A stretch of DNA of 64,000 bases, taken from the NCBI GenBank assembly GCA_041652555.1, contig JBAZHE010000001.1:2847-66846 (forward strand), written 5' to 3'. Shown here piece after piece: positions 1-7,535 of this stretch; position 1 is the stretch's first letter, and every line of letters begins with the position of its first letter. Under the pieces are notes generated by a model. It saw nothing but the letters and a program-made list of their open reading frames with translations, was not told the origin of the DNA and did not search any database. Position numbers and translations under genes: made by a program. Origin of the DNA: Patescibacteria group bacterium. GTDB lineage: Bacteria > Patescibacteriota > Patescibacteriia > Patescibacteriales > WJLG01.

Positions 1-1
1 T

Positions 2-661
2 TCGGGAGCGATTCTTTCCCTTTGGCTGGCAGCTAATGCTCCCGAAAATGTTTCTGTAGCAATTAGCGAAGACCCTCCTCTTTTTTCTTCAATGCATCCA
101 AGAATCAAAGAAGAAAAATTCATGCATCGTCTTTTTGAAACTGCGATAGAAACGCTTGGAAAACCAAAAAGAGACATAAAAGGTTTTTTTGCCAAACAAG
201 GAATTCCGATAAAAGACAAAGAAAAACTCTTAATGATGCCCTCTTTTATAGCAATTTATAGGTCGATAAGTCTCGAGATTAATAAAAAGATTCGTCCATC
301 TAAGCCATATGATTTGCTCAATGCTCGGTTTGATCAAAGAGCTGGTTTAAAATTTATAAGCGAGTATGATGTTGATTTTTCAAAAGCAACAATTGATGGA
401 AGATTGACCGAAGGCTTTGACCCAGAAGAAACATTGAAAAAAATTAAATGTCCTGTTTTATTGATACATGCATATTGGTCTAGACATAAAACTTGGGGGT
501 TGCTCGGCGCATTGGATGATAATGATGTTGAAAAAATTCGTTCAATTGTAAAAAATATTAGAGTGACAAAAGTAAACGCTATGCACGATGTTCATTTAAC
601 AAAACCAAAGATATTTATTAAAACAGTAAACGATTTTTTGCAAAGTTTAGATAGAGGATGA
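2..661 (+). CDS. alpha/beta-fold hydrolase, 5' end off-window
   Basis: The frame is open from nt 2 (SGAILSLWLAANAPENV...) into listed ORF 92..661. The C-terminal pattern KCPVLLIHA...AMHDVHLTKP resembles the Asp/His region of alpha/beta hydrolases. TGA stop at 659-661. Confidence 0.6.
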   Translation, partial: SGAILSLWLAANAPENVSVAISEDPPLFSSMHPRIKEEKFMHRLFETAIETLGKPKRDIKGFFAKQGIPIKDKEKLLMMPSFIAIYRSISLEINKKIRPSKPYDLLNARFDQRAGLKFISEYDVDFSKATIDGRLTEGFDPEETLKKIKCPVLLIHAYWSRHKTWGLLGALDDNDVEKIRSIVKNIRVTKVNAMHDVHLTKPKIFIKTVNDFLQSLDRG

Positions 662-719
662 AATGGCAACTGATGAAGAATTTGCTGAGGCGATGAAAAA
701 GCTGGATTAAGAGGAGTGT

Positions 720-1040
720 TTATAATATTTTAAACTTCCGCATTTCTTTTTGAGCCTGTTCCATGTCCTCGAGCACTTTGAGATATATTGCTCGAGTTTT
801 CTTTGACTTCGGATTATCCTCGGCAAATCTGATATCGTCATCGTCTACGAATCCAGCCAGTGAGATATAAGCACCGGCCAAGAGTTTGATTCGTTCCTTG
901 ATTGCTTGTTTGATCTTGGCCTTTGGTTCCGGAAGAGAAGATAACGGATTAAATGATCCGCGTCGATGTGGCATTCTTATGTTTTTAGCGTCCCGAAGGA
1001 TTGCTTCAATGTCATCGTCTTCCATAGCAAGCAAGAACAT
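720..1040 (-). CDS. hypothetical protein (106 aa)
   Basis: ATG-initiated ORF with no competing call and no family recognised. An alternative start at 1025 gives MEDDD... Confidence 0.45.
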   Translation of the reverse strand: MFLLAMEDDDIEAILRDAKNIRMPHRRGSFNPLSSLPEPKAKIKQAIKERIKLLAGAYISLAGFVDDDDIRFAEDNPKSKKTRAIYLKVLEDMEQAQKEMRKFKIL

Positions 1041-1075
1041 ACGCTTGCCCGCGGAACAAGTCTAGCGGAGTCATA

Positions 1076-1104
1076 TTTGCTTAACTTTGCTTAAGTTAAG
1101 CAAA
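1076..1104. promoter_or_regulatory. perfect 12-bp inverted repeat TTTGCTTAACTT-tgctt-AAGTTAAGCAAA upstream of the 720..1040 gene
   Basis: Read directly from the sequence. It lies about 35 nt upstream of the minus-strand start codon. There is no U-run on either strand, so it looks operator-like rather than terminator-like. Confidence 0.3.
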
Positions 1105-1418
1105 TCGTCCCAAGCTCTCAAATTTCGTCAAACCGCTGGGCTATGTCGCAGGAGGTGTCAAAGGTCTACCCGGGGTGCAAAACTCGCCCCAAGGGCAGAC
1201 ACGGGGCAATAACGTTTTACTTTTTGGCTAGGAGGAGGTCGTAGTTGTAAAACTTGGCAACTTTCTTGATGTTATTCATTTTTTCGCGTAAAGTAACCAT
1301 ATACTCTTTATCCTCGAGCACTGTTATAAGACCCGACAGTGCCTGACCCCAAACAACAAAAACGATCCTTTTAAAAGGTTCGTTTTTGTTATTTAAAGCA
1401 AAAGGGCGTAAAATTAAG

Positions 1419-1922
1419 ATGGGAGAATTAATTTTAAAAAATATGAAAATTAACAATGTTTCAAAAGCTATTTTGGCTATTTTAATTTGCCAGGTGGCGG
1501 GGATTGTCGGTTCTGTTTTTACAACGCCATCGATTGCGACTTGGTATGCCGGATTGGCGAGGCCGGTTTTTTCTCCGCCAAATTGGATTTTTGCGCCAGT
1601 TTGGACAACGCTTTTTACTTTAATGGGAATTTCCGCTTTTTTAATTTGGCGAGCAGGGTTGAAGCGTTGTGAAGTTAAAATCGCTTTGGCGGTTTTTGTC
1701 GGACAGCTTGTTTTAAATACTTGTTGGTCAATAATTTTCTTTGGCCTGCATTCTCCAATGTTTGCTTTTTTTGAAATTATTATTTTGTGGAGTTTTATTT
1801 TAGCCTCAATAATCTTATTCGCAAAAATTTCCAAACTAGCAGCAGTACTTTTGATTCCATATATTTTGTGGGTCAGCTTTGCTTCGGTTTTGAATTATTT
1901 TATTTGGCGGTTGAATTTTTAA
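1419..1922 (+). CDS. tspO: TspO/MBR family tryptophan-rich sensory protein
   Basis: Five-TM protein with the family pattern WYAGLARPVFSPPNWIFAPVWTTLFTLMG and Trp-rich helices. The listed ORF starts at TTG 1386; ATG 1419 (or 1446) is more likely. Confidence 0.85.
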   Translation: MGELILKNMKINNVSKAILAILICQVAGIVGSVFTTPSIATWYAGLARPVFSPPNWIFAPVWTTLFTLMGISAFLIWRAGLKRCEVKIALAVFVGQLVLNTCWSIIFFGLHSPMFAFFEIIILWSFILASIILFAKISKLAAVLLIPYILWVSFASVLNYFIWRLNF

Positions 1923-2019
1923 AGTTAATAATGGCCAATTTGACGCTAGAATTTTGGTGTAGTAGAATAATAAATAGATAGCTTCTGTGGCTGTCTATTT
2001 ATTTACTAAAGATAATTAT

Positions 2020-2316
2020 ATGGCTTATCAAGACAAAATTGAAAAAGTTTCTGGGCGAAAAACCAAGGAGATAATGATTTTTTCTTTGAGCACTTGTTTC
2101 TGGTGTGATAAAGTGAAAGAATTTTTAAAGGAGCAGGGGGTGGAATTTGGTGTTTTAATAGTTGATAAATTAGGGGGCGCCGAGCAACAAGAAGCTGTCG
2201 CGGAGATGTCTAAATATAATCCTGACATGTCTTTTCCGACAATTGTTATAAACAACGGCGAGAAGGCGATAGTCGGTTTTGATCAGGAAGAATTAACTAA
2301 GCAGATAAATGGATAA
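2020..2316 (+). CDS. glutaredoxin-like protein (CxxC = CFWC)
   Basis: IMIFSLSTCFWCDKVKEFLKEQGVEF matches the thioredoxin-fold beta1-CxxC-alpha1 pattern. The listed ORF starts at GTG 1987, so the start is uncertain. Confidence 0.75.
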   Translation: MAYQDKIEKVSGRKTKEIMIFSLSTCFWCDKVKEFLKEQGVEFGVLIVDKLGGAEQQEAVAEMSKYNPDMSFPTIVINNGEKAIVGFDQEELTKQING

Positions 2317-2665
2317 TAATATTCCTCGAGAAAAAGTTAATGAGTTGTATGATAAATTAATTCCGGCCGCGGCGCGGAAGGGTTATTTTTTGAATCCTGA
2401 CGAGGCTGATGCTAGGGGCTTGGTAGCAAGTCTTTTAGGGGCTAAAGAAAAATATGGCTATATGTCTTGCCCTTGTCGGTTAGCTTCTGGCGATATTAAA
2501 AAAGACGGTGATATTATTTGCCCTTGTGTTTATCGTGCGCCAGATATAGCCGAATATGGAAATTGTTTTTGTGGATTGTATGTTTCTCTGGAGGTTAATG
2601 AAGGGAAAAAGAAAATTTGCTCTATCCCAGAAAGAAGACCTAAAGAAAAACAGAAGATTTTTTAA
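2309..2665 (+). CDS. ferredoxin:thioredoxin reductase catalytic-subunit-like protein
   Basis: The Cys pattern CPCR...(x)...CPC...CFC (MSCPCRLASGD...IICPCVYRAP...GNCFCGLY) matches the FTR-beta CPC/CPC/CHC signature. It overlaps the upstream Grx-like gene by 8 nt. Confidence 0.8.
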   Translation: MDNNIPREKVNELYDKLIPAAARKGYFLNPDEADARGLVASLLGAKEKYGYMSCPCRLASGDIKKDGDIICPCVYRAPDIAEYGNCFCGLYVSLEVNEGKKKICSIPERRPKEKQKIF

Positions 2666-2683
2666 TTAAAAGGATTTTTAAAG

Positions 2684-2716
2684 TGTCAGCCTTTTTCGGC
2701 TGGCATTTTGTTTTTT
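2684..2716 (+). terminator. rho-independent terminator after the FTR-like gene
   Basis: Stem TGTCAGCC/GGCTGGCA with loop TTTTTC, followed by TTTTGTTTTTT. Confidence 0.7.
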
Positions 2717-2859
2717 AATTTTTTATGAAAATATTTTGGTTGGCGCCGATAACTGTTGCAATTGCTCTTGGTTGGTTGTGTTGGACAACTGATACTGAGT
2801 TATTTAATTTAGATATTTCTATAAATTTTGTTTCAGCTAATGAATATGATTTTTAATAC

Positions 2860-2891
2860 AAAAAAAGACTCAGGTTGCAACAACTGAGTCT
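2860..2891 (-). terminator. rho-independent terminator for the 2899..3435 gene
   Basis: Stem AGACTCAG/CTGAGTCT with a 10-nt loop. On the minus strand it is followed by TTTTTTTG. Confidence 0.65.
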
Positions 2892-2898
2892 TTGTTGG

Positions 2899-3435
2899 TT
2901 ATCCCGTGGCGCAATTTTTGAGAATTTCTTCATCGCGCCTTCTTTCTTCTAGATTAATATAGAGGCCTGGGTCGTCTCTGTGTCTCTCGCCAAAATTATA
3001 GAAGGCTCCCCAGAGTCTATAGTTGAGATATCGTTGAATAAAATTGGTTTTATCTCCTTTTTCTAGGTTAAACCTAGTTTTTGTTGATTCTTTATTAAAC
3101 TCCGAATCTATTTCATTGAGCATCACTTTCCATCTTATTCGGAAATCTGCTCCTCCCCCTTCTTTTAAGCGATGTGTCATTAATGCGCTACAGTTGATTT
3201 TGTCTACTGGCACACCATCTTTTTCAATCGTTCCTTTCACGGTAAGCTCAGAACAAGCTTCTATTAGATCCGCGCCGAGCCTCGCATTAAATATTTGGTC
3301 TATCTCCTTTTCTGCGGCCAACATTTGAGAGTCGTATATCTTTAGTTTTTCTAGGATGCAAGGACAACAGTAATTCAAAACATCTTGATAACTTTGTTCA
3401 AGCATTCTTTCAATATCTTTTGTGATTGCAAACAT
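2899..3435 (-). CDS. hypothetical protein (178 aa)
   Basis: ORF preceded by AGAGGAG 6 nt upstream of the ATG. No family recognised. Confidence 0.6.
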   Translation of the reverse strand: MFAITKDIERMLEQSYQDVLNYCCPCILEKLKIYDSQMLAAEKEIDQIFNARLGADLIEACSELTVKGTIEKDGVPVDKINCSALMTHRLKEGGGADFRIRWKVMLNEIDSEFNKESTKTRFNLEKGDKTNFIQRYLNYRLWGAFYNFGERHRDDPGLYINLEERRRDEEILKNCATG

Positions 3436-3478
3436 TTGTGAGCTCCTCTTTTAAGATATAGAACAGAAACTAAAACAA

Positions 3479-4471
3479 TCAAGAAATTCCAAGCTTATTT
3501 TTTACCTCCGTTATTTTTTTAAAGGACAGTTTATTTAAATGCTTTTTGTTTTTTTTAAAAAGCTTTATGATTGACTGATTACTTATATTATTGTACTTCT
3601 TTTGGAAATTTGTCAAGAAGTCTTTAACAATTATAGCTAGGTCTTTTTTGAAGTCGCCGTATCCACGACCAGAGTATTCTTTTTCCAAATCGGTTATTTT
3701 TTTGTCTGCCAACAGGGAATAGATAGTTAATAAATTGGAAACGCCCGGTTTATTTTCTTTGTCATATTTAATTAAGCCGTCAGAATCAGTGGTGGCTTTC
3801 ATTATTTTCTTGGCGGCTTTTTCTGGCTCATCAAGGAGATAGAGGCAATTGCTTTCACCGCCCTCGCTTTTAGACATCTTTTTTAAAGGGTTTTCTAAAC
3901 CCATAATGCGAGCTCCTTGTTTCATAACTTCAGCCTTAGGAATCTTAAAGGTTTCGCCAAAATTATGATTAAAGCGTTTAGCTAAATCGCGAGCAAGCTC
4001 TACGTGTTGAATTTGGTCTTCACCGACAGGGATAATATCAGTGTCGTATAATAAAATATCAGCGGCCATTAAGACTGGATAATCAAAAAGCCCAACACCG
4101 ACATTTTCTTCGCCGTTTTGAGATTTGTCTTTGAATTGGGTCATATTAAAAAGATCGCTCATGCGGGTGGAGGTGCAATTAAAAATCCAGGCTAGTTCAG
4201 TGTGCTCTTTAATATCGGATTGTTTGAAGATGATTGATTTTTTTGGGTCAATTCCTGAGGCTAAATAAATTTTCGCAATTTCTAGGGTGCGACGGCGTAA
4301 TTCTTCTGGATCTTGAGGGACTGTTATAGCGTGGTAATCTACAACACAAAAAATACAATTATTGCCGGATTGCATATCAATCCATTGTTTAATGGCGCCA
4401 AGATAGTTGCCAAGATGTAGATTTCCGGATGGTTTAATACCGGAGAAGATTGTTTGTTTAGAAGTATTCAT
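3479..4471 (-). CDS. trpS: tryptophan--tRNA ligase
   Basis: Class I signatures GIKPSGNLHLGNYLGA (HIGH-like) and KMSKS. Start set at ATG 4471 (MNTSKQTIFSG...) instead of the upstream TTG 4507. TGA stop. Confidence 0.93.
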   Translation of the reverse strand: MNTSKQTIFSGIKPSGNLHLGNYLGAIKQWIDMQSGNNCIFCVVDYHAITVPQDPEELRRRTLEIAKIYLASGIDPKKSIIFKQSDIKEHTELAWIFNCTSTRMSDLFNMTQFKDKSQNGEENVGVGLFDYPVLMAADILLYDTDIIPVGEDQIQHVELARDLAKRFNHNFGETFKIPKAEVMKQGARIMGLENPLKKMSKSEGGESNCLYLLDEPEKAAKKIMKATTDSDGLIKYDKENKPGVSNLLTIYSLLADKKITDLEKEYSGRGYGDFKKDLAIIVKDFLTNFQKKYNNISNQSIIKLFKKNKKHLNKLSFKKITEVKNKLGIS

Positions 4472-4540
4472 ATCTTTTATTTTAGGCGAAAAATTAGGGA
4501 AAAGCAAGAGCTTTTATTGTTTAACCTTTTTTGTAAAACA

Positions 4541-4568
4541 AAACCATCATTTTTGACAACGATGGTTT
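4541..4568 (-). terminator. hairpin terminator downstream of the tRNA pair
   Basis: On the minus strand: AAACCATC-12 nt loop-GATGGTTT followed by TGTTTTAC. Confidence 0.45.
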
Positions 4569-4574
4569 TTTTAG

Positions 4575-4648
4575 TGGGCAATACTGGATTCGAACCAGTG
4601 ACCTTTACAATGTCAATGTAACGCTCTAACCAACTGAGCTAATTGCCC
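4575..4648 (-). tRNA. tRNA-Val (anticodon GAC)
   Basis: The reverse complement GGGCAATTAGCTCAGTTGGTTAGAGCGTTACATTGACATTGTAAAGGTCACTGGTTCGAATCCAGTATTGCCCA folds as a cloverleaf. Acceptor GGGCAAT/ATTGCCC, anticodon stem TTACA/TGTAA, loop TTGACAT, T-arm ACTGG-TTCGAAT-CCAGT. CCA is not encoded. Confidence 0.93.
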
Positions 4649-4664
4649 AAAATATAAATTGCTG

Positions 4665-4738
4665 TGCGTCCAGATGGACTTGAACCATCGACCCCAGCTT
4701 TATAAGAGCTGTGCTCTGACCAACTGAGCTATGGACGC
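4665..4738 (-). tRNA. tRNA-Ile (anticodon UAU)
   Basis: The reverse complement GCGTCCATAGCTCAGTTGGTCAGAGCACAGCTCTTATAAAGCTGGGGTCGATGGTTCAAGTCCATCTGGACGCA folds as a cloverleaf. Acceptor GCGTCCA/TGGACGC, anticodon stem CAGCT/AGCTG, loop CTTATAA giving anticodon TAT, T-arm GATGG-TTCAAGT-CCATC. CCA is not encoded. Confidence 0.88.
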
Positions 4739-4759
4739 TTTTAGGCGATAATATTTATT

Positions 4760-4788
4760 AATTTAACATTTAAAAACATATTTTTCAA
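4760..4788 (-). promoter_or_regulatory. candidate sigma70-type promoter for the tRNA pair
   Basis: Minus strand: TTGAAA, 17 nt spacer, TAAATT, about 20 nt upstream of the tRNA-Ile 5' end. Confidence 0.4.
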
Positions 4789-4813
4789 GAGTGTTAGAAA
4801 AGAGCTGAAAAAA

Positions 4814-4842
4814 TTGACAAAATTTGTTTAATATTCAATAAT
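4814..4842 (+). promoter_or_regulatory. candidate promoter for the methyltransferase gene
   Basis: TTGACA, 17 nt spacer, AATAAT. The ATG at 4850 is only about 8 nt past the -10 element. Confidence 0.35.
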
Positions 4843-4849
4843 TTAAATA

Positions 4850-6082
4850 ATGAAATACTTCTCTATATTAGGAAACAATCCAGCCTTGTCAGCGGCGGAA
4901 ATCGCGGCTGCTACTAAAAGCGAAGGATCGATGAAAGTCGCCTCTGGTAATGTTTTGCTTTGGGAAGGTCCGGCAACGGACGCTAAAAAGTTTATTGGAC
5001 GTTTGGGCGGAACTATAAAAATCGGCATTATTATTAATGAAGTCAACCGCCATGATAATCAAAAAATAAAAGAAGCGGTTTTAAAAATAATTGAAAATGA
5101 TTTATTAGAAAAAAATTCCAAGGGTAAATACTGCTTCGGATTTTCTTATTACGGACGAAGCGGTTTACCGATTTTTCCTCTTGGCTTAGAAATAAAAAAG
5201 CTTTTAAAAGAAAAATCAAAAAGTTTTCGCCTAGTAACCAGCAAAGAAAAAACTTTATCTAGTGTCGTAGTAGAACAAAATAACTTAGTCGGTCGTGGTA
5301 TTGAAATTGTAATGATAGAGGATGGCGAAATTCTTTATCTGGGAAAAACTTTAGCCGTCCAGCCGTTTAAAGAATTGTCACATCGCGATTTCGGACGGCC
5401 GAGGCGGGATAATCAATCAGGAATGTTGCCACCGAAACTGGCGCAAATAATGCTAAATCTTTCCGGAAAAATTCCTTGTCATTGTCTGTGCGCTGTTAAT
5501 GATGCGCCGGAACAATGCCCGATAATTATTGATCCGTTCTGCGGTTCTGGCACGATTTTAACTGAGGCCACTTTAATGGGCATAAAGAATTTGATCGGTT
5601 CGGATATTTCGGAAAAGGCGATTATTGACACAAAAGATAATTTTACTTGGATAAAAAATAATTATCAGTCAGCGGTTTTTAACGCTGAACTTTCTAAGAC
5701 TTCAGCTGAGGATCTTTCTAGAAAAATTCCGGTTGCCTCGGTTGATGCGATTGTTACTGAGCCATATTTGGGTCCGCAAAGAGGCCGGATAGATTTTGTT
5801 AAAACTAAGATTGAATTAGAAAAATTATATTCTAAGGCGATAAGAGAATTTGCTAAAATTTTAAAAGCGGATGGTATGGTTGTGATGGTTTGGCCTGTTT
5901 TTACAGGTCGTGGAACGCATAATTGGGATTTTGTAAGCCCAAATATTTCTGGCTTTAAAATAGTTAATCCTTTACCAGAAGATTTGCGCGGAGCTCTACG
6001 AACAACCGAACGCGGAACAATCATCTATGGTCGCGAAGGACAGAAAGTTTTTAGAGAGATAGTGGTTTTAAAAAAAGGTTAA
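4850..6082 (+). CDS. SAM-dependent RNA/DNA methyltransferase (Trm11/UPF0020-like)
   Basis: Motif I IIDPFCGSGTILTEA and an NPPY-like motif IVTEPYLG. The N-terminal region is THUMP-like by position only. Confidence 0.75.
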   Translation: MKYFSILGNNPALSAAEIAAATKSEGSMKVASGNVLLWEGPATDAKKFIGRLGGTIKIGIIINEVNRHDNQKIKEAVLKIIENDLLEKNSKGKYCFGFSYYGRSGLPIFPLGLEIKKLLKEKSKSFRLVTSKEKTLSSVVVEQNNLVGRGIEIVMIEDGEILYLGKTLAVQPFKELSHRDFGRPRRDNQSGMLPPKLAQIMLNLSGKIPCHCLCAVNDAPEQCPIIIDPFCGSGTILTEATLMGIKNLIGSDISEKAIIDTKDNFTWIKNNYQSAVFNAELSKTSAEDLSRKIPVASVDAIVTEPYLGPQRGRIDFVKTKIELEKLYSKAIREFAKILKADGMVVMVWPVFTGRGTHNWDFVSPNISGFKIVNPLPEDLRGALRTTERGTIIYGREGQKVFREIVVLKKG

Positions 6083-6101
6083 AATAAAAATATAAGATTT
6101 T

Positions 6102-7271
6102 TTAAAAGTTGTTTTGGTTGATTTTTTTGTCTATTAAAGCGATAATTTCTTCTTTGATTTCTTCTAGCTTTAACTTACTGTCAATTTCTACCATTCGTTC
6201 ATCGCCACACGGGTTATGATCTTTCATTAAATCCAGCAAATTAATATTTTTTGGTGAATGAATAAGTGAGCGGATAGACGGCTGGCCATTTTGTCCCTCA
6301 ACTTCATAAAAAATTATTATAATTTTCACTTCCGGTAGGTTGGAAGCGAGTTCATCGGCGATTTCCGCCAGATCATTTTTATCCGCGCCGGTTTTAAGAA
6401 AATCATTACGCATGACCACTGACCAAACCACCTGTTGTCCGCTGGTGCCGGTTAAACGCGAGAGAACAACGCCACAAAGTTTTAAGGCGCCTAAGTGACG
6501 AGAACGATAGAGTTTGTTGACGATCTCTTCGCGCCGTGCTTCGTGTGAGATAAGATGCGAAGTGGCCGAGAGCGCGTCTGGCGTTAAATTGGCGTTTCGG
6601 AAATTGCGCGTTTTGGCAATAATTCCGGTTAAAAGACAAGTGGCGATATCAGCATCTAAAACATCTTTTTCACAAGCTTTAAAAAGTGAAAGAAGCATCT
6701 CTGAAGTGGAAACAGCATTTATTTTTATCAAATTTATCTGACCGTATTCTTCATTCCCTCCGCGATGGTCAATATTAATAATGGGCGTTTCGTAAAAAAA
6801 TTGAGCGTTGTCAGAAAAAAGCGAGCCCAATGATTCTAAATCTGGTGTGTCCAGAGTGATAATTAAATCGTATTTTTTCCCCTCAGATTCTATTTTTACA
6901 TCAGCCGGCGAGAAGTTGCCACTCTTGGGCGAGATGATGAATTTGACCGCGTTTTCTTCAGAACGATATTTTATTCCTTTAACAGAGGCATGTGTCGTGT
7001 CCAGTGAAATAACAAATTTATTCAAGTCTCTAATAGTACGCTGAATTTCACTGAAAGCTGGCAAAAAAGAATAGGCCTTGCTTTTGGCCTCAAGATTGGA
7101 GCTGTCAGTTTTTCCGGCGGCTAATTCAACTTTTTTGCCGGTTTTTTTCAAAAATAAATACATAGCCAAACCACTGGCAATGGCATCACCATTCCAATTA
7201 GCCGGAAAAACCACCAAAATATTGTTGGCTTTTTTTATTTGCTCAAAAATTTGTTCTTCACTAGAAAGCAT
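6102..7271 (-). CDS. DHH-family phosphoesterase (NrnA-like)
   Basis: N-terminal NWNGDAIASGLAMYLFL, ITLDTPD and IDHRGGN motifs in DHH order, with a C-terminal DHHA1-like region. Start set at ATG 7271 rather than TTG 7313. Confidence 0.75.
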   Translation of the reverse strand: MLSSEEQIFEQIKKANNILVVFPANWNGDAIASGLAMYLFLKKTGKKVELAAGKTDSSNLEAKSKAYSFLPAFSEIQRTIRDLNKFVISLDTTHASVKGIKYRSEENAVKFIISPKSGNFSPADVKIESEGKKYDLIITLDTPDLESLGSLFSDNAQFFYETPIINIDHRGGNEEYGQINLIKINAVSTSEMLLSLFKACEKDVLDADIATCLLTGIIAKTRNFRNANLTPDALSATSHLISHEARREEIVNKLYRSRHLGALKLCGVVLSRLTGTSGQQVVWSVVMRNDFLKTGADKNDLAEIADELASNLPEVKIIIIFYEVEGQNGQPSIRSLIHSPKNINLLDLMKDHNPCGDERMVEIDSKLKLEEIKEEIIALIDKKINQNNF

Positions 7272-7535
7272 TTTCTTAATCGTAGGATAGGAATAGGGCT
7301 CGGCCCTATTCAAATGGGTCTAAAATTTTACTAAAAAATTAATATTATAGGTATTAAACACTCCTGTCAATCTTAATAATACATCATAATATTATACAAG
7401 TTATTATCTTTAAAAACAACAGATTATTAGTTTTTTAGTTAATAATTTATTCTTTATCATTGACTTCTGCCTTGCCAAAAGCCTTTTGCTTTGATAATAT
7501 TGTATTATAAAATAAGGAAATAACAGTATTTTAAT

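Noticed and set aside
1217-1834. 205-aa minus-strand ORF
   Set aside because: It is almost entirely antisense to the well-supported tspO gene, and its translation is a low-complexity mirror of a membrane protein. The non-overlapping tail (1217-1385) has no start codon or RBS of its own. I could not support a weak resemblance of the tail to an antitoxin-like fragment.
2725-2856. 43-aa ORF (MKIFWLAPITVAIALGWLCW...) between two terminators
   Set aside because: It could encode a one-TM micropeptide, but it has no clear RBS, is short and AT-rich, and nothing in the sequence alone supports it.
7314-7535. T-box or other leader upstream of valS
   Set aside because: The 220-nt gap is almost pure AT with no specifier-loop or T-box (GGUGGUACCGCG-like) sequence and no terminator/antiterminator pair. 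It most likely just holds divergent promoters.
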